Positions 22,578 to 34,230 are shown, counted from the stretch's first letter. The stretch is DNA of 41,605 nt from Octopus sinensis (GCF_006345805.1 NW_021835235.1:1-41605); one strand, 5' to 3'. Numbers and translations: made by a program. The notes: generated from the letters alone by a model not told the origin.

Positions 22578-22899
22578 TATTAAATAAGCCATATATGATA
22601 TGCACTGTGTTCTCTCTGCAGCACCTCTGTTTTTTTGTGCCGTAAGAAGGCGCATATTTTTCCTTAACGATTAATTCAGTCGTGTGAGAACGCATGTAAG
22701 TCTGCATGTATGTATTTGAGCATATAAAGAAATACAAATAGCATTTCCTAACTCATATATAAACACACACATATGTATGCGCACATATACACACAGTCAG
22801 AATTGTGGCGTTTTCAACTTCAATTTTTCCAGTCAAATCTATTAACCAGTGTATAATACTAGAGTCAATTTATGGTTTGGTATGACTAATTTTGTATTA

Positions 22900-23700
22900 C
22901 GTTTTATGAGAGTTTTGATTATGTGTTTTTCTGTGGCCTACCTGGTATACATCTGATTATAGCACATTGTGTGCAATATGTGTCTAATGCGTCTAGTGTC
23001 TAATGTATTTCTTGAATTGTGTTTCTGTCTATATACATCAGTTTCTTGCCTTCCAGTTTGAATATCCGTTGTTAATTAAGGTTTGTCTTATTTTTTGGTT
23101 TTCTATTTCTAATGTTTATTTGTGGAAGAGGATCTAAATGTTCTCTTAAGTAGTGTTTCTACCACTGATATTTTTTGATTATGTAAGAATTCGCTGGATC
23201 CATTTAGGGATATGTAATGTTTGTTATTTTTGTTTAAATTTAAGTAACATGTCTATTGTTTTAATCTGAAAGCTTATTTCTAGAAATGAAGTCCTAGTGG
23301 TAATGTTTTAGCTGTTAAATTTTGGTTCTGATGTGTCTATCACAACTAATATATCACCTACGTATTTAGTATATATTTAATACTTGAGGCTAGGTATATT
23401 TTTGTTTTCATTGTAGCTAAGTAGAATGTGGAGAAAGTGGATCGTAGGAGAGAACCTATTGCTACTCCATCTTTTGTTTATGTAGTTTGGCTTTTGGATA
23501 GTGAAGAGGTATTTCGGTTGTGCAAGTTACTAGTAGTTTTTAAAAAAAATATAATTGTGCTAGTATCATGTGTAACTTTATTTTGGGGTTTTTGTATACA
23601 TTATCTAACATAATTTCGATTCTTTCTACTATTTCTTCTACATCTCGGCCTGAATAATAACTATTTTGTTTGTTTTTTCCAAAATGTATAGAACTTCTTA
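22900..23700 (-). pseudogene. Penelope-like RT relic of a second lineage (Penelope/Poseidon-type motifs)
   Basis: MLDNVYKNP...LLVTCTTEIP...KQKDGVAIGS (~23452-23472; cf. Q.DGVAMGSPL), YVGD (23353-23364; cf. YVDD), LNGSSE, LKR.F, LINNGYS (23059-23073; cf. NGYP); many stops. Confidence 0.8.
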
Positions 23701-23790
23701 TGGTGACATAATACTGTAATTCTTTTGGTGCCTTTATTTGGCTCTTTTATTTGTGGGTGTATTTATTTGGGATATTATGAGATGGCGTGG

Positions 23791-23952
23791 CAGTGGTGTA
23801 GCGAGGGGTGAGCACTGTATGCAGACCACACGGGGCAGTCGCTATGAGGGTGGGTAAACATTTGAAGGCATGTTATGTTCAAATAAGTGAACAACCAATT
23901 TGGCTATTGTATAGAGCGGCCAAAACTTATATGTGACCATGCTAGACCCCTG
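23791..23952. mobile_element. Possible hAT-like MITE
   Basis: Ends CAGTGGTGTAGCGAGG and CCATGCTAGACCCCTG form imperfect 16-bp TIRs; no 8-bp TSD seen. Confidence 0.4.
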
Positions 23953-24222
23953 CAGAGGGGACTGTTTTGTGTACTTTTACTATACCGTATTTAGGTTTGG
24001 GGATGAATACTCGTTCCATCTTCGAAATTTCGACGGTCCTGTATTTGCTGTTTCACTAATTATTTAATTTAATTTGATTTTTTATGCTCGCATGACCCGC
24101 GCACATACATACATACATACATACATACATACATACATACATACATACATACATACATACATACATGCATGCATGCATGTATACATACATACATACGTAC
24201 GTACATAAAAGATACATATACA

Positions 24223-24853
24223 TTAGGTAGAGTGAAAATGAAAATTGTAGAAATTGAAAATGCCTGAGAGCTAAAATGTTGCTATATTTGTTTACTTGAA
24301 AAATGCTAAATTTACACTGAGATCAACCAAGGGTATTAACTCCCTGAAGCTCCCTAAACTCCGAAAATGGGGGATTTCTGTAAATTTTTAGAATAACAGA
24401 ATTTGGGGAGTTCGAGGGAGTAAATGCTCTCGACTGATCTAAGCGAAAATTTAGCTTTTTTTTAGTAATAATATATAGCAAGATTGTAGGCTTCAGGCAT
24501 TTTAAATTTCTACAATTTTTTTATTTTTACTCCACCCTAGATTATACTATTTATATACCCGCACACACAGATGCCTGAGGCCTAAAATCATCTTGCTGTA
24601 TATTATTACTAGAAAATACTTCTTTTTCACTTAGAAAAGTCATGGACATTTACTCCCTCAAACCTACCAAAATCCGCTATTGTAAAAAATTTACAAAAAT
24701 CCCCCATTTTCGGGGTTTTGGGGGCTTGAGAGAGTAAATGCCCTTGATTAATCGCAGCGAAAATTTAACATTTTTCTGGTAATTAAATATAGAAACATTT
24801 TAGCTGTTAGGCATTTTCAATTTTCACAGTTTTTTATTTTCACTCCACCCTAA
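24223..24853. mobile_element. Inverted pair of a long-TIR foldback MITE (24223-24540 and 24571-24853)
   Basis: Each unit has >100-bp TIRs ending ...TTTCACTCCACCCTA; the asymmetric core (CCGAAAATGGGGGATTT) is reversed in unit 2. Confidence 0.8.
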
Positions 24854-24879
24854 TATGCATATTTTCTCTGTATTTTGTT

Positions 24880-27260
24880 ATCAATTAAATTAAATAGAGA
24901 CGAAGCTATTCTATTTTTCTCTTTAGCTCATGACCCACCAACTATTGTTGATGACTGCACCCGTCAACTTCCGATTAGCTAGTTTTGGTAAGTAGGTCTC
25001 TGAATTTTTTCTGCACATGAAAGTACGTGATCAGCTTCTATTTGCCTGATTTCTATGTATTGGACTGATTTAAGTTGATTGTAGTTTGTGATCCGTGTAG
25101 CCCAGCTACCAGAAACTGTGGACAACTTATGCTATTTTTTATGTTAATCTAAAGAAAATTCTTTCTAAATACCTGTGTCAATGATCCACTGCGATTATAC
25201 CAGGTCCATATTGGCGTATTCGGGAAATCTAGGTGAAATATGTCAGAGTTAGAAGTGTCTGAGTAGGTTTATAAGACTTTTGCTCTTCTCAGTCGGCTGC
25301 TTTAACACATTTGCTGTGAGTATCCAAGATAGCATTCTAGTAACCTACTAATGCTAATGAGTAAGATGTTTAAACAAATATGTTCTACTTGCTACTGTTG
25401 GAGCGCAATGGCCACTACTCTGATGGCTCTACTGTCGTTTTTCCTACTGTTTGCGGCCAGGTCCACCGATCCACAGTCCTGGTCTAAGAAAACGGTGTTT
25501 ATATTTAGAAGCGAACGTTTCCGAACCAGCACCGCTAAGCCATTCCATCTAGGTCGGCAGAGAAGCGTAAGCTTCATTGTATCCCAGGAAGAAGTCGAGT
25601 GGTTTCGCCCCGGAAATCCTGGTATCGCTAATGGTTACTACATCGAGACACAGTGACCTGAGGACTTTAACAGGTCTCCCTGCTTCTATGCCGACAACAA
25701 GTCAATCATATTTATACTGCTTACATTCATTAAGTAGAAGAATACAAAAAGAAAAATGAAGGAGAATTTCACTTACCCTGGTCTTGTATTTAGAGACCTT
25801 TGTAAGGGCTATCCAAAATCTGCCTATATATATGTTTAACATTCCCTACGTCATTTGGAACAAACTCTCCGAGAGAGCGTTACAGTTCTGGTGTGGCTCT
25901 GAATAAAAGTCTTCTTTGTGAGATTTTTAAATATAGTTATCTCTACGATGCCCTCACCTGAGGTAAAATGTTGTCTTTAGTGGAATGTATGTACTCCATT
26001 GACTTCACGTTATGCTTTCGGTGAAATGTAATTAAGAGGTTCGATAGTGAGTTGTTATCGTTGTTGCTATGTTTATGAAGTTTTCAGCTCTTCTTTCTGC
26101 TTTTTTTCTTGGTGTTTCTACTCTTGTTGCTAATGATCTTGCTGTCTCTTGCTGTGCTTGATGTTGCCTTTCCTGTTTCAGATGTTGTCATTCCTGTTCT
26201 CGGTGTTGTTGACGGGTCACTTGTTGTCCTTGTAGAATCTTTTTCTGATGGTGTTGTTTGCGATTCAATAGTAGTTGTTGCTGTTGTCATTGTTGTTGTT
26301 ATCGGCTGGTTTGACTGTTTGGTTGTGTCTTTTGGGGCGTTGCTTGACTTGGTGCTGTCGACCTTTTTGGTTTTCGGGGCCAAATCAGCAGTTTTATCTC
26401 TCCGATCTCTTCCTTGTGGATGAACTATCTACAATGTTCCAGACAAACGTTTTCATTTTGCTTGCCTCCTCTACATCTAAGAATTGGATGGTGTAGAGAG
26501 TGATGGTCTTTGTTTCATCGGTAGGTTTTATTCGAACATGTTGGTCTTGATGTTGTTATCGTTGTCGTTCTTGTTTTGGTTGATGTTGTTCGTATTGGTG
26601 ATCATTGAGGTGGTACCAGTGGGAAGATTTGCATTTGAATCCTTTGCATATGTGTGCAGGAAAGCCTTTCTTGCTTCATTTTCTTGCTGTCACTGCTTCA
26701 GTCGATTTAGTCATAGACGTTAGGGTGTTGATAGAAGCGATGATCTTACATACTCGACTATTTTTCCCTATAGGGCAGAAAACGTTGAAACGGTTCTTTT
26801 TGTCACAGATGCAACACTTTGGCTTTCTCCCTTTCACTACATTAGGCGTTTGCTCACACTCTACGAACTGGAAGTGGTCCGGGATGTGAGCTAAGTCATT
26901 AGGTACCACAATAACCTAGAACTTCAGTCATGTCCGTTTTATTCTGCTAAGGAGTGGACTTCTGTGTTATAACCTCTCCGTGCTCCTCCATCATAGCAAT
27001 CCAGAGTGGATTGCTCACTGTTGGGTAGCTCGTTGGTGACCTGTATTTCCATCATCCCTCTTTCCAAGGATAGTGGTATCATGACAAACTAGTGGCATAA
27101 GTAATTGGTAGTAGTCGTACTTTTAGATTCCGCTTCGCTATTCCAAACAACAATAACTGTTCCCTATTGCTCGTCTCTTGTTTATATTCCACAGTAGAGC
27201 ACACTTCCTGCAAGCATTTTTCAATTTTTACTAGACTAAGACAGTGTACTTTTTTGTTTG
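24880..27260 (-). pseudogene. Tx1/L1-clade LINE, 5' part: ORF1 (CCHC knuckle, T/S-rich tail) plus ORF2 AP endonuclease
   Basis: ORF1 IPD...VVKGRKPKCCICDKKN.F...CP. ORF2 motifs across frameshifts: LDVVTIS.TR, GLAVLVRK..LNINTVFLD, AIRVVAI, G..NAILD, PIWTWYNRSGS, SCPQF, GYTDHK, LTGAVINNSWW. No RT domain follows. Confidence 0.85.
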
Positions 27261-28055
27261 TGTTTTTGCATTTTTAAACATTTTTTTCTTTGTGTGTGTT
27301 CTACCTCTGTGAGTTGATGTTTCATGAATCCCGGGCGTATGATTTTACATTTATAGTTTTTAACATATTCTTCATTACGATCTTATTCACTACAAGTTAT
27401 AGCCGTAAACAAACTTTTCGTTTTAGTCTCGTTGTTGTTGCTATTGTCGCCGTTGTTGCGATTGTTGTTGATTTTTGCCTTCAAAATCAATACCTATTTC
27501 TGTATTTCGTTTGACGTAAGCATCGCTCCATCTCTCTACCTTTCTCATTTAGACATTCTTCCATCTCCACCCATGCATTACATTCCTGATACGGTGAATA
27601 TAATTATTTCTTCACAAATGACTATGTTTTTGCTTATCAAATAAAGACACAATTTTGCAGAATAAAATTCAAGACGTGTCATTAATAATACAGAAAAGTG
27701 CTGTTTAGGAGGTCAAAAAATATAGAGGGAAATTAAAGAAAATGAATTATAGAGAACAACTTACCATTGGTCTAACATGACAGCTGTTATGCCCACTATT
27801 TTGTTTTATGCCAACCTGGAAAAAATAAAACATCATTATATAAGATTCGAAGATACAAAATGTATTCTCTATAGAAAGGACCGCTTTGGAAAAATAACAT
27901 ATATGGTATGTAGAATATATATATATACATACATACACACACACACACACATATATTTATATAAATAAGGATAAGATCGTTAATTTAAACATCGATCTTA
28001 TTCATTGGCCAGCATGGGAATAAAACCTTCAAAGGTAGTAATTATTATTAAAATT

Positions 28056-28198
28056 ATAATTGAAGGTATCTAAGAGATACCACCACGCTGGAAATAGCAG
28101 CCAAAACTTGACTCTAAAGCCACATTCAATGTGGCTTTAGAGTCAAGTTTTGTCTGCTATTTCCAGCATGGTGGTATCTCTTATATACCCTAAATTAT
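28056..28198. repeat. Near-perfect ~143-bp palindrome with a 1-nt loop
   Basis: 28071-28126 vs 28128-28183: 54/56 complementary, centre C at 28127; imperfect extension of ~15 bp each side. Confidence 0.95.
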
Positions 28199-28439
28199 AT
28201 ATATATATATATATATATATACCAGTAATCCCCTGCTGCCCATTGGAAGGTGTAAGTTAGTGATAGTCTAAAATAGTGTATTTCCGCTTCTGTCTATGCT
28301 TAAAATTGAGGATTATTTGACGGAGTCGAGACGTTAAATCAAAAATGAGCTGGTATTCAAAAAGGAACATGTTCTTTTGCAGATATCGGGCAGTAAAATG
28401 TGAAAATATGGAAAATTATCGTTCGGAATGCCGTTAGTT

Positions 28440-28765
28440 GACTGGATGCTGAAGAATCTATACAAAAAGCATACACGACATTTCTATGGATATGAGGGCA
28501 ATCTGTAAGAAACATGGTTAATTGCAGTATGAAATTACCTGAGGCATCTGGGAAGCTGTGCATTGAAATGAAAAAAATTCTTGACTTTAACAACGGACAT
28601 TTGTTGGAAGTTTATCATAGCCTATCGCGAGGAGTAAATAACTTGCCTCATTTGCAAGTCGGTACCGAACCTTTGAAGTCCCTGCTGCTCGGAGACCATC
28701 CTGATTCTAAACATTATCTTCGGAATATAAGAGTTTACAATTTCCCTTTCCAAATTAAAGAATAA
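28440..28765 (+). pseudogene. Helitron Rep-helicase N-terminal fragment
   Basis: LPHLQVGTEPLKSLLLGDHPDSKHYLRNIRVYNFPFQ matches the Helitron motif LP.L..PPEPL.SLL.G....SKHFL.NIR.YNS.FQ. Confidence 0.75.
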
Positions 28766-28936
28766 ACAATGGACATGTAGTGTCAAATCAAGTGAGTTAC
28801 GCAAAAGTCGAAAAATACCGCTCATTTTTTGTTCTATATAAAAAACTGTTATATAAGAAAATTGATTGATCGCCAATTAGTGCAATTTATTCGTTAAACT
28901 TAATATTTTATTTCATTTTTACTTATTCAAAAGCTA

Positions 28937-29288
28937 AAAATATTTGAATATTTGGAGTTATATCATTCATTAATCAGCTGTTTATCTTCGTAGATGTATT
29001 GTGTAGAAAAATGCATTTAAGTACATAAATGCCTGTGTATGTATTTGCCTGTTGTTTACCTTGATGTGTGTATACGTTCAGATATAAAATTTAGTGAAAC
29101 TTCACTGATGTCTTTGAGTGCATCAAGAAACTTTTTGGAAAAAAAAATAGAACTGAAAATATTTGAATATTTGGATTTATATCATTCATTAATCAGCTGT
29201 TTATCTTCATAGCTGTATTGTGTAGAAAAATGTATGTACGTACATAGATGCCTGTGTATGTATTTGGTTGTTGTAAACCTTGATGTGA
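28937..29288 (+). repeat. Direct duplication of ~132 bp with 219-bp period
   Basis: AAAATATTTGAATATTTGGA.TTATATCATTCATTAATCAGCTGTTTATCTTC...CCTTGATGTG at 28937 and 29156. Confidence 0.9.
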
Positions 29289-29432
29289 GCATTTTTTTAC
29301 AAATATTTTCGGAATTTGACTAAAAAAAAACTGTAGTAAAGAAGCCTTCAGTAGGAGTAATATTATATATGATTATGTGAGTGCGGTTTTTAGTCAACTC
29401 AGCACAGACACTCATATATGAATATGCATATT

Positions 29433-29532
29433 ATGGCCGTGTGGTAAGAAGTTCGCTTCCCAACCACATGGTTCCGGGTTCAGTTCCACTGCATGACACC
29501 TCGGACAAGTGTTGTCTACTATGGATCCGGGC
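29433..29532 (+). mobile_element. SINE family B-like head fragment
   Basis: TGGCCGTGTGGTAAGAAG...CCAACCACATGGTTCCGGGTTCAGTTCCACTGC. Confidence 0.8.
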
Positions 29533-29589
29533 CCTTCTGGATATTCTGGAGATAGTAATCATTAAAATAGTTTGAGGATTTTAATGTCT

Positions 29590-30420
29590 TAGCTCCTCAT
29601 CTTGCACACATATGAACGCTGAAATACAGAATGCCTTGTAGACGTGGACCTTGATATGGAGTCCGAGATATTTGTTAAGAAAATTTCTATTTCTAAGATA
29701 TCAATAGATACACAGGCCTGTCGGAAGCTGTTTAAAATTTCCTCGTCTATTGTGAAAATGATACTGCCTAGGTATCTGAGTTATGAAGTGCAACTAGTTG
29801 TTGCTGTTGCAATGTAAAGGTAGAGAGGGAAAAGGGCGATACAGTGTACGACTGAGTGCTAAACCACGTTGTTTGGACGTTAACTGTCCACGCACATTCT
29901 TTTATAAAGCTGTAACAGCTACTGAAATGTTTGCCTCAGTGCTTCCAGCGTGTATGTCACCAGGGCACTGTTATCAGCTAATTATAGCTCAATTTGTTCA
30001 GATCTGTGCTGGGCAGTGATTCACAGCCTTCCCATGTCGAAAAAAAAGGTACGAATTATGTCGGATTCCCACTCCTGAGGACTGGTCTGCATCATAGAAT
30101 TTGTGTATACCATGCTTGTTTGTATGCAGTTTCTCGACCTTTTGCAATACAGCGTCCATTTTTCTTCAGAGTACGAATTGTGGAATAAGCTTAATTCCGA
30201 AGAGCTTGTCACACATTTTTAATATGTGTAGTAAAGAATGTGAGCCAGATGCATGTTATTCAGGAACCTATCGAATGCGCTATAATTCTCTTAAACCAGT
30301 CTTATAACTCATCTTGAATCCGATGGTTTCAGCGACAGTAAAATAGAGTGTTATTTATGTCACTTTCGAGGCAACGAGTGTCCACGATGCTTTCTATCTG
30401 ATAGCTCGGGAATTAATGTT
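29590..30420 (-). pseudogene. RTE (BovB-like) LINE reverse transcriptase relic
   Basis: In order across frameshifts: IP.L.D...SILLS (cf. NYRGISLLS), *AYSTIR (cf. KAFDTV.R), HKFYD (cf. QFHDG), FFDMGRL, ADNSALV (cf. YADDCALV), RYLGSII..IDEEI, KVHVYKAFCISA; may extend to ~30800. Confidence 0.7.
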
Positions 30421-30943
30421 TTGAGCTACTTAGCGTCGTAAGGAACACACTTGTAATCTGGCATTTGTTACTAGCATGCAATCGTCTATCTAATGATCTG
30501 CTCCCTCCATTGTACTGATAAGCAAAACATCTTACTGACCATCATCTTGTCAGCAATATACCAGTGTTTGGATCTGGATATACCTATGAAGCCTTATGTT
30601 TGTTTATCTTTGTTTATCTACTGGAAGATGATGTTCTTAATGGTGGAGTCGCGCTCCACAAACAAAAGTCTAATGCCATTGCTGTAAGTTTTCCCAATAT
30701 GACTCCTGATCACTCGATTTCATATTTTAATATTTCTCCCCACTCTTGTATTAAAATTACGCATTAGGATGATTTTTGTCTTTTTCGAGTATGTTAGACA
30801 GTGTCCAGTCTAGTGTCTGATAGAAGTAGTCTTTGTATTGACTATCATTAGCTCGGCAGAGTTACTGCATAGACAAGCCTAAATTGTTTCTTTCCTTTTC
30901 TTTTTAGCAACAACTGTGTGGAATATTGGGATATATAGTTATA

Positions 30944-31401
30944 TCTTTTACTTGTTTCAATAATTAGACTGCGGCCATGCTGGTGCACTGCCTTGAAGAA
31001 TTTTTAGTCGACCCCAGTACTTATTTTGAAGTCTAATACTTATTATGTTGGTCTCTTTTGCCGAGCCGTTAGGTTACGGGGATGTAAACATGCGGACACC
31101 GGTTGTCAAGCGCTGGTAGGGTCGAATATGGACACAAAGATACGTACAAACAAACAGACACACATACGCACGCTCACGCACACACACGGACGCACACGCA
31201 CACACACACACATACACACACACACACCACACGCGCGCATTCACACACACACACACACACACTCACATACACACATATATATACGGCGAGTTTCTTTCAG
31301 TTTCCGACTAGGATTTGGTCGGCCAGAAGCTATAGTAAAAGACAATTGCTCAAGGTGTCACGCAATGGAACTGAACCCGGAACAATGTGGTTGGGAACAA
31401 G
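30944..31401 (-). mobile_element. SINE family B, diverged
   Basis: Tail GACTGCGGCCATGCTGG, internal (CA)n, head ...GAACTGAACCCGGAACAATGTGGTTGGG. Confidence 0.85.
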
Positions 31402-31589
31402 TGTATGTGCGCACGCACTCGCACGTGGGCGTGTGTGTGAGTTTGTGAGTGTGTATTTCTGTGTTATTGTGTGTTTGTAGATATATGTATATGTATATTT
31501 CATTGTGTCTAGGGAGAGTCACTCTATTTTAGTGCCTTATTAATTTAACACACTCACCGGTCTGATTTCCACTCATTTAGTTAATTTTT

Positions 31590-31628
31590 ACTAAAATTTT
31601 CGTTGTGACTTGCAACTTTTTCAGTAGT
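31590..31628 (-). ncRNA. Hammerhead-like motif with a G8A core (possibly inactive copy)
   Basis: Minus strand ACUA-CUGAAAA-A-GUUG(CAAGUCA)CAAC-GAAA-AUU-U-UAGU: 4-bp helix I, 4-bp helix II, palindromic AAUU helix III. Confidence 0.5.
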
Positions 31629-31799
31629 CGTTGAAATGTGTATACATATATTTCGTTTTTGTATTTGGTTTGGAAGATTCTTTATGTGAATTCATGTGTC
31701 GAATCATATTTTAATGTGTCTGGGAAGAGCCATTCTGTTTTAATACCTTATTAATTGACACACTCACTGGTTTGATTTCCACACATTTTACTATTCTTT

Positions 31800-32014
31800 T
31801 CTTTCTTTTATTCTTTTATTTGTTTCGGTCATTTGACTGTGGCCACGCTGGAGCACCGCATTTAGTCGAACAAATCGACCTCAGAACTTATTCTTTGTAA
31901 GCATAGTACTTATTCTATCGGTCTCTATGCCGAACCGCTAACTTATGGGGACGTAAACACACCAACATCGGTTGTCAAGCAATGGTGGGGGGACAAACAC
32001 AGACACACAAACGT

Positions 32015-32049
<35 letters not shown>

Positions 32050-32210
32050 CATATATATATACGACGGGCTTTTTTTAGTTTCCGTCTACCAAATCAACTC
32101 ACAAGGCTTTGGTCGGCCCGAGGCAATAGTAGAAGACACTTGCCCAAGATGCCACGTAGTGGGACTGGACCCGGAACTATGTGGCTGGTAAGCAAGCTAC
32201 TTAGTACACA
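31800..32210 (-). mobile_element. SINE family B, near full length
   Basis: Close match to 12505-12873 and the reverse complement of 13569-14000. Confidence 0.9.
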
Positions 32211-32282
32211 TTTATTTATTTTTTCTAAAATTTTCGTGACTATGTTCGTGCGTCTGTTATGTATGGATATATATATATAATT

Positions 32283-32495
32283 TTAATCCAAACGGGAAAA
32301 CAAAAAAACAACAACAATGGAACAATTACAGTATTATTATTAATAGGCGCTCAGGAAATGGAAGCAGGAAGGTATGACGTTTCGAGCGGAAGTCTTCGTC
32401 GGAAACATAAAGAAGGAAGAGAGAGGAAAGAAAGATCCAAAGCGGGCAACAGGAGATAGAGAAAAAAAACGACTGGTGTTTACCGAGTTAACATG
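32283..32495 (-). mobile_element. Family 2 HHR-bearing element, diverged full copy
   Basis: TTAATCCAAAC...GCGCTCA...ACGTTTCGAGCGGA..TCTTCGTCGGAAACATA...GAAAGATC...GAAAAAAA matches 4475-4660; preceded by (TA)n. Confidence 0.8.
32372..32406 (-). ncRNA. Minimal hammerhead-like motif, U4C core, GUC cleavage triplet
   Basis: Minus strand GUUU-CCGACGA-A-GACU(UCC)GCUC-GAAA-CGU-C-AUAC; one mismatch each in helix I and helix II. Confidence 0.6.
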
Positions 32496-33257
32496 GTGAA
32501 AGGCGGAAGTTTACGATAACAAGAGCAAAGTAGGTTTTTAAAGCCAAAAGAGTGGAGACAAGGTTGGTAACGCAACAGATGTGTGTGTATGTGTGAGTGT
32601 GTGCGTATGCGTGTGTGTATGTGTGTGTGTGAGGCGAGATAAAAAAAACAAAAAAATATATGTATGTGTAGTGTGTGCGTCTGTGTGTAGGCGTGTGAGG
32701 TAGGGCGAGACAGTGGTAGGCATAGCAGACAGTGGTCAGTAGTAAGAAAAAGAAGGAAGGAGGAAGGGGGGGGCGAGGAAGGAGGAGGGGGGGGTGGGGT
32801 ATGTAGCGTGCCAGCGTGTGTTGAGTAGTAGTGTGTGTGTGTGTCCAGTGTCGTGGTAGTATTAATGGTGAGTAGATTGAATGTGTGTAAGAGTAATGTA
32901 TATATTTAAGCAATGTGTGTATATGGTGTGGCGCGTGTGTGACAAAAAAAAAGGGGGGGGTTAAGGAAAAAGGACTCCAGCTGAGGGGAAGATGGAAGGG
33001 TGGTCCGCGCGGAGACGGGCGTGGGAAAACCCAACGACAAGCGACGGTCCCAGGAACGAGCGGGAGGTCTCGTCGGGTCCAAGAGCGAGGTGCATGCGGC
33101 GCGTATGCGTGCGCGAACCGGCGCAAGCGCGTGTGTGCGCGCGCCTGCGAGTATGCGCGTAAGTATGTATATATATATATATATATGTGTGTGTGGTGTG
33201 TGTGTGTGTGTGTGTGGGTATATATATATGTATATATATACATATATATATATATAT

Positions 33258-33291
<34 letters not shown>

Positions 33292-33559
33292 CAAACACAT
33301 ATATATAATATACACACCACATATATATATATATACACATACATATATGCATCTATGCACATATAAATTACATATACACACTTATAGACTGTCTATAATG
33401 TATATATAAAAATATATGGATTTAACACAGATGACCATAAGTTTCCGTCTGCATGAACGTTTCAAACAAAATGGTCATGTTTCGATTAATGAATTTTATT
33501 GCAAAGAAGTTAATGTGATATTTGTCCAGCAGTAAGAGATGGAGAGAGTGAGAGGAGAA

Positions 33560-33608
<49 letters not shown>

Positions 33609-33644
33609 GTGTGTGTGTGTGTGTGTGTGAGTGATATGGGGAGT

Positions 33645-33805
33645 GAGCTGCCCTCGAAACCAGCTGGTACTCATTACTGTTGAGTAGATAGGAACAACAT
33701 CAAAGGAATTGTATTGTTTAAGGATATAATGTTTCCCTCCAGGGTTTCAGGAATTGAACCCACAACATTATGATCATGAGTCGAATATTTTAACCGATTG
33801 GCCAC
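33645..33805 (-). mobile_element. Third tRNA-derived SINE type, degraded
   Basis: Minus strand GTGGCCAATCGGTTAAAA (A-box-like)...GGGTTCAATTCC (B-box) followed by a non-tRNA body ending AATGAGTACCAGCTGG. Confidence 0.6.
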
Positions 33806-34188
33806 TTTTGCGTCACGCACCTGCAAACATGTCACTGGTACTCAATCATCTTAACTTTGTAGCATCCCAGAGATCAAAGTAAAAAAAAATAGTGGCACAC
33901 TTCGCAGGGAAAATCAAATAAAGAAAAACCCTTCCAGCATATTATTTAGAAAAACCATACCGAATTTTTACTTGCCTGTTTTTTGTTTTTTTTTTTATTA
34001 ATATTCATCAAACTTGCGCATAGCAAAATTTTAAATAACACATTTTGGAAGATACTCATTCATTCATTGATATGGATTTTATAAAACCTCATATTTAAAA
34101 AATTCACGGCTCATCTTAGATGTCTATTGTAGCACACTGTTTGAGAATTACATACATACATATATACACAACATATACACATATACAA

Positions 34189-34230
<42 letters not shown>

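Larger units (their letters stand above)
31495..32240 (-). repeat. Family 3: ~211-bp tandem unit with a hammerhead-like fold; second unit split by a SINE
   Basis: TGTGTCT.GG.AGAG.CA.TCT.TTTTA.T.CCTTATTAATT.ACACACTCAC.GGT.TGATTTCCAC at 31504 and 31715; unit 2 resumes after the SINE at 32211 with CTAAAATTTTCGT (32225-32237); another fragment at 41481-41528. Confidence 0.7.

Noticed and set aside
26109-26423. Hydrophobic plus-strand ORF resembling a membrane protein
   Set aside because: It is the antisense reading of the Thr/Ser-rich tail of Tx1 ORF1
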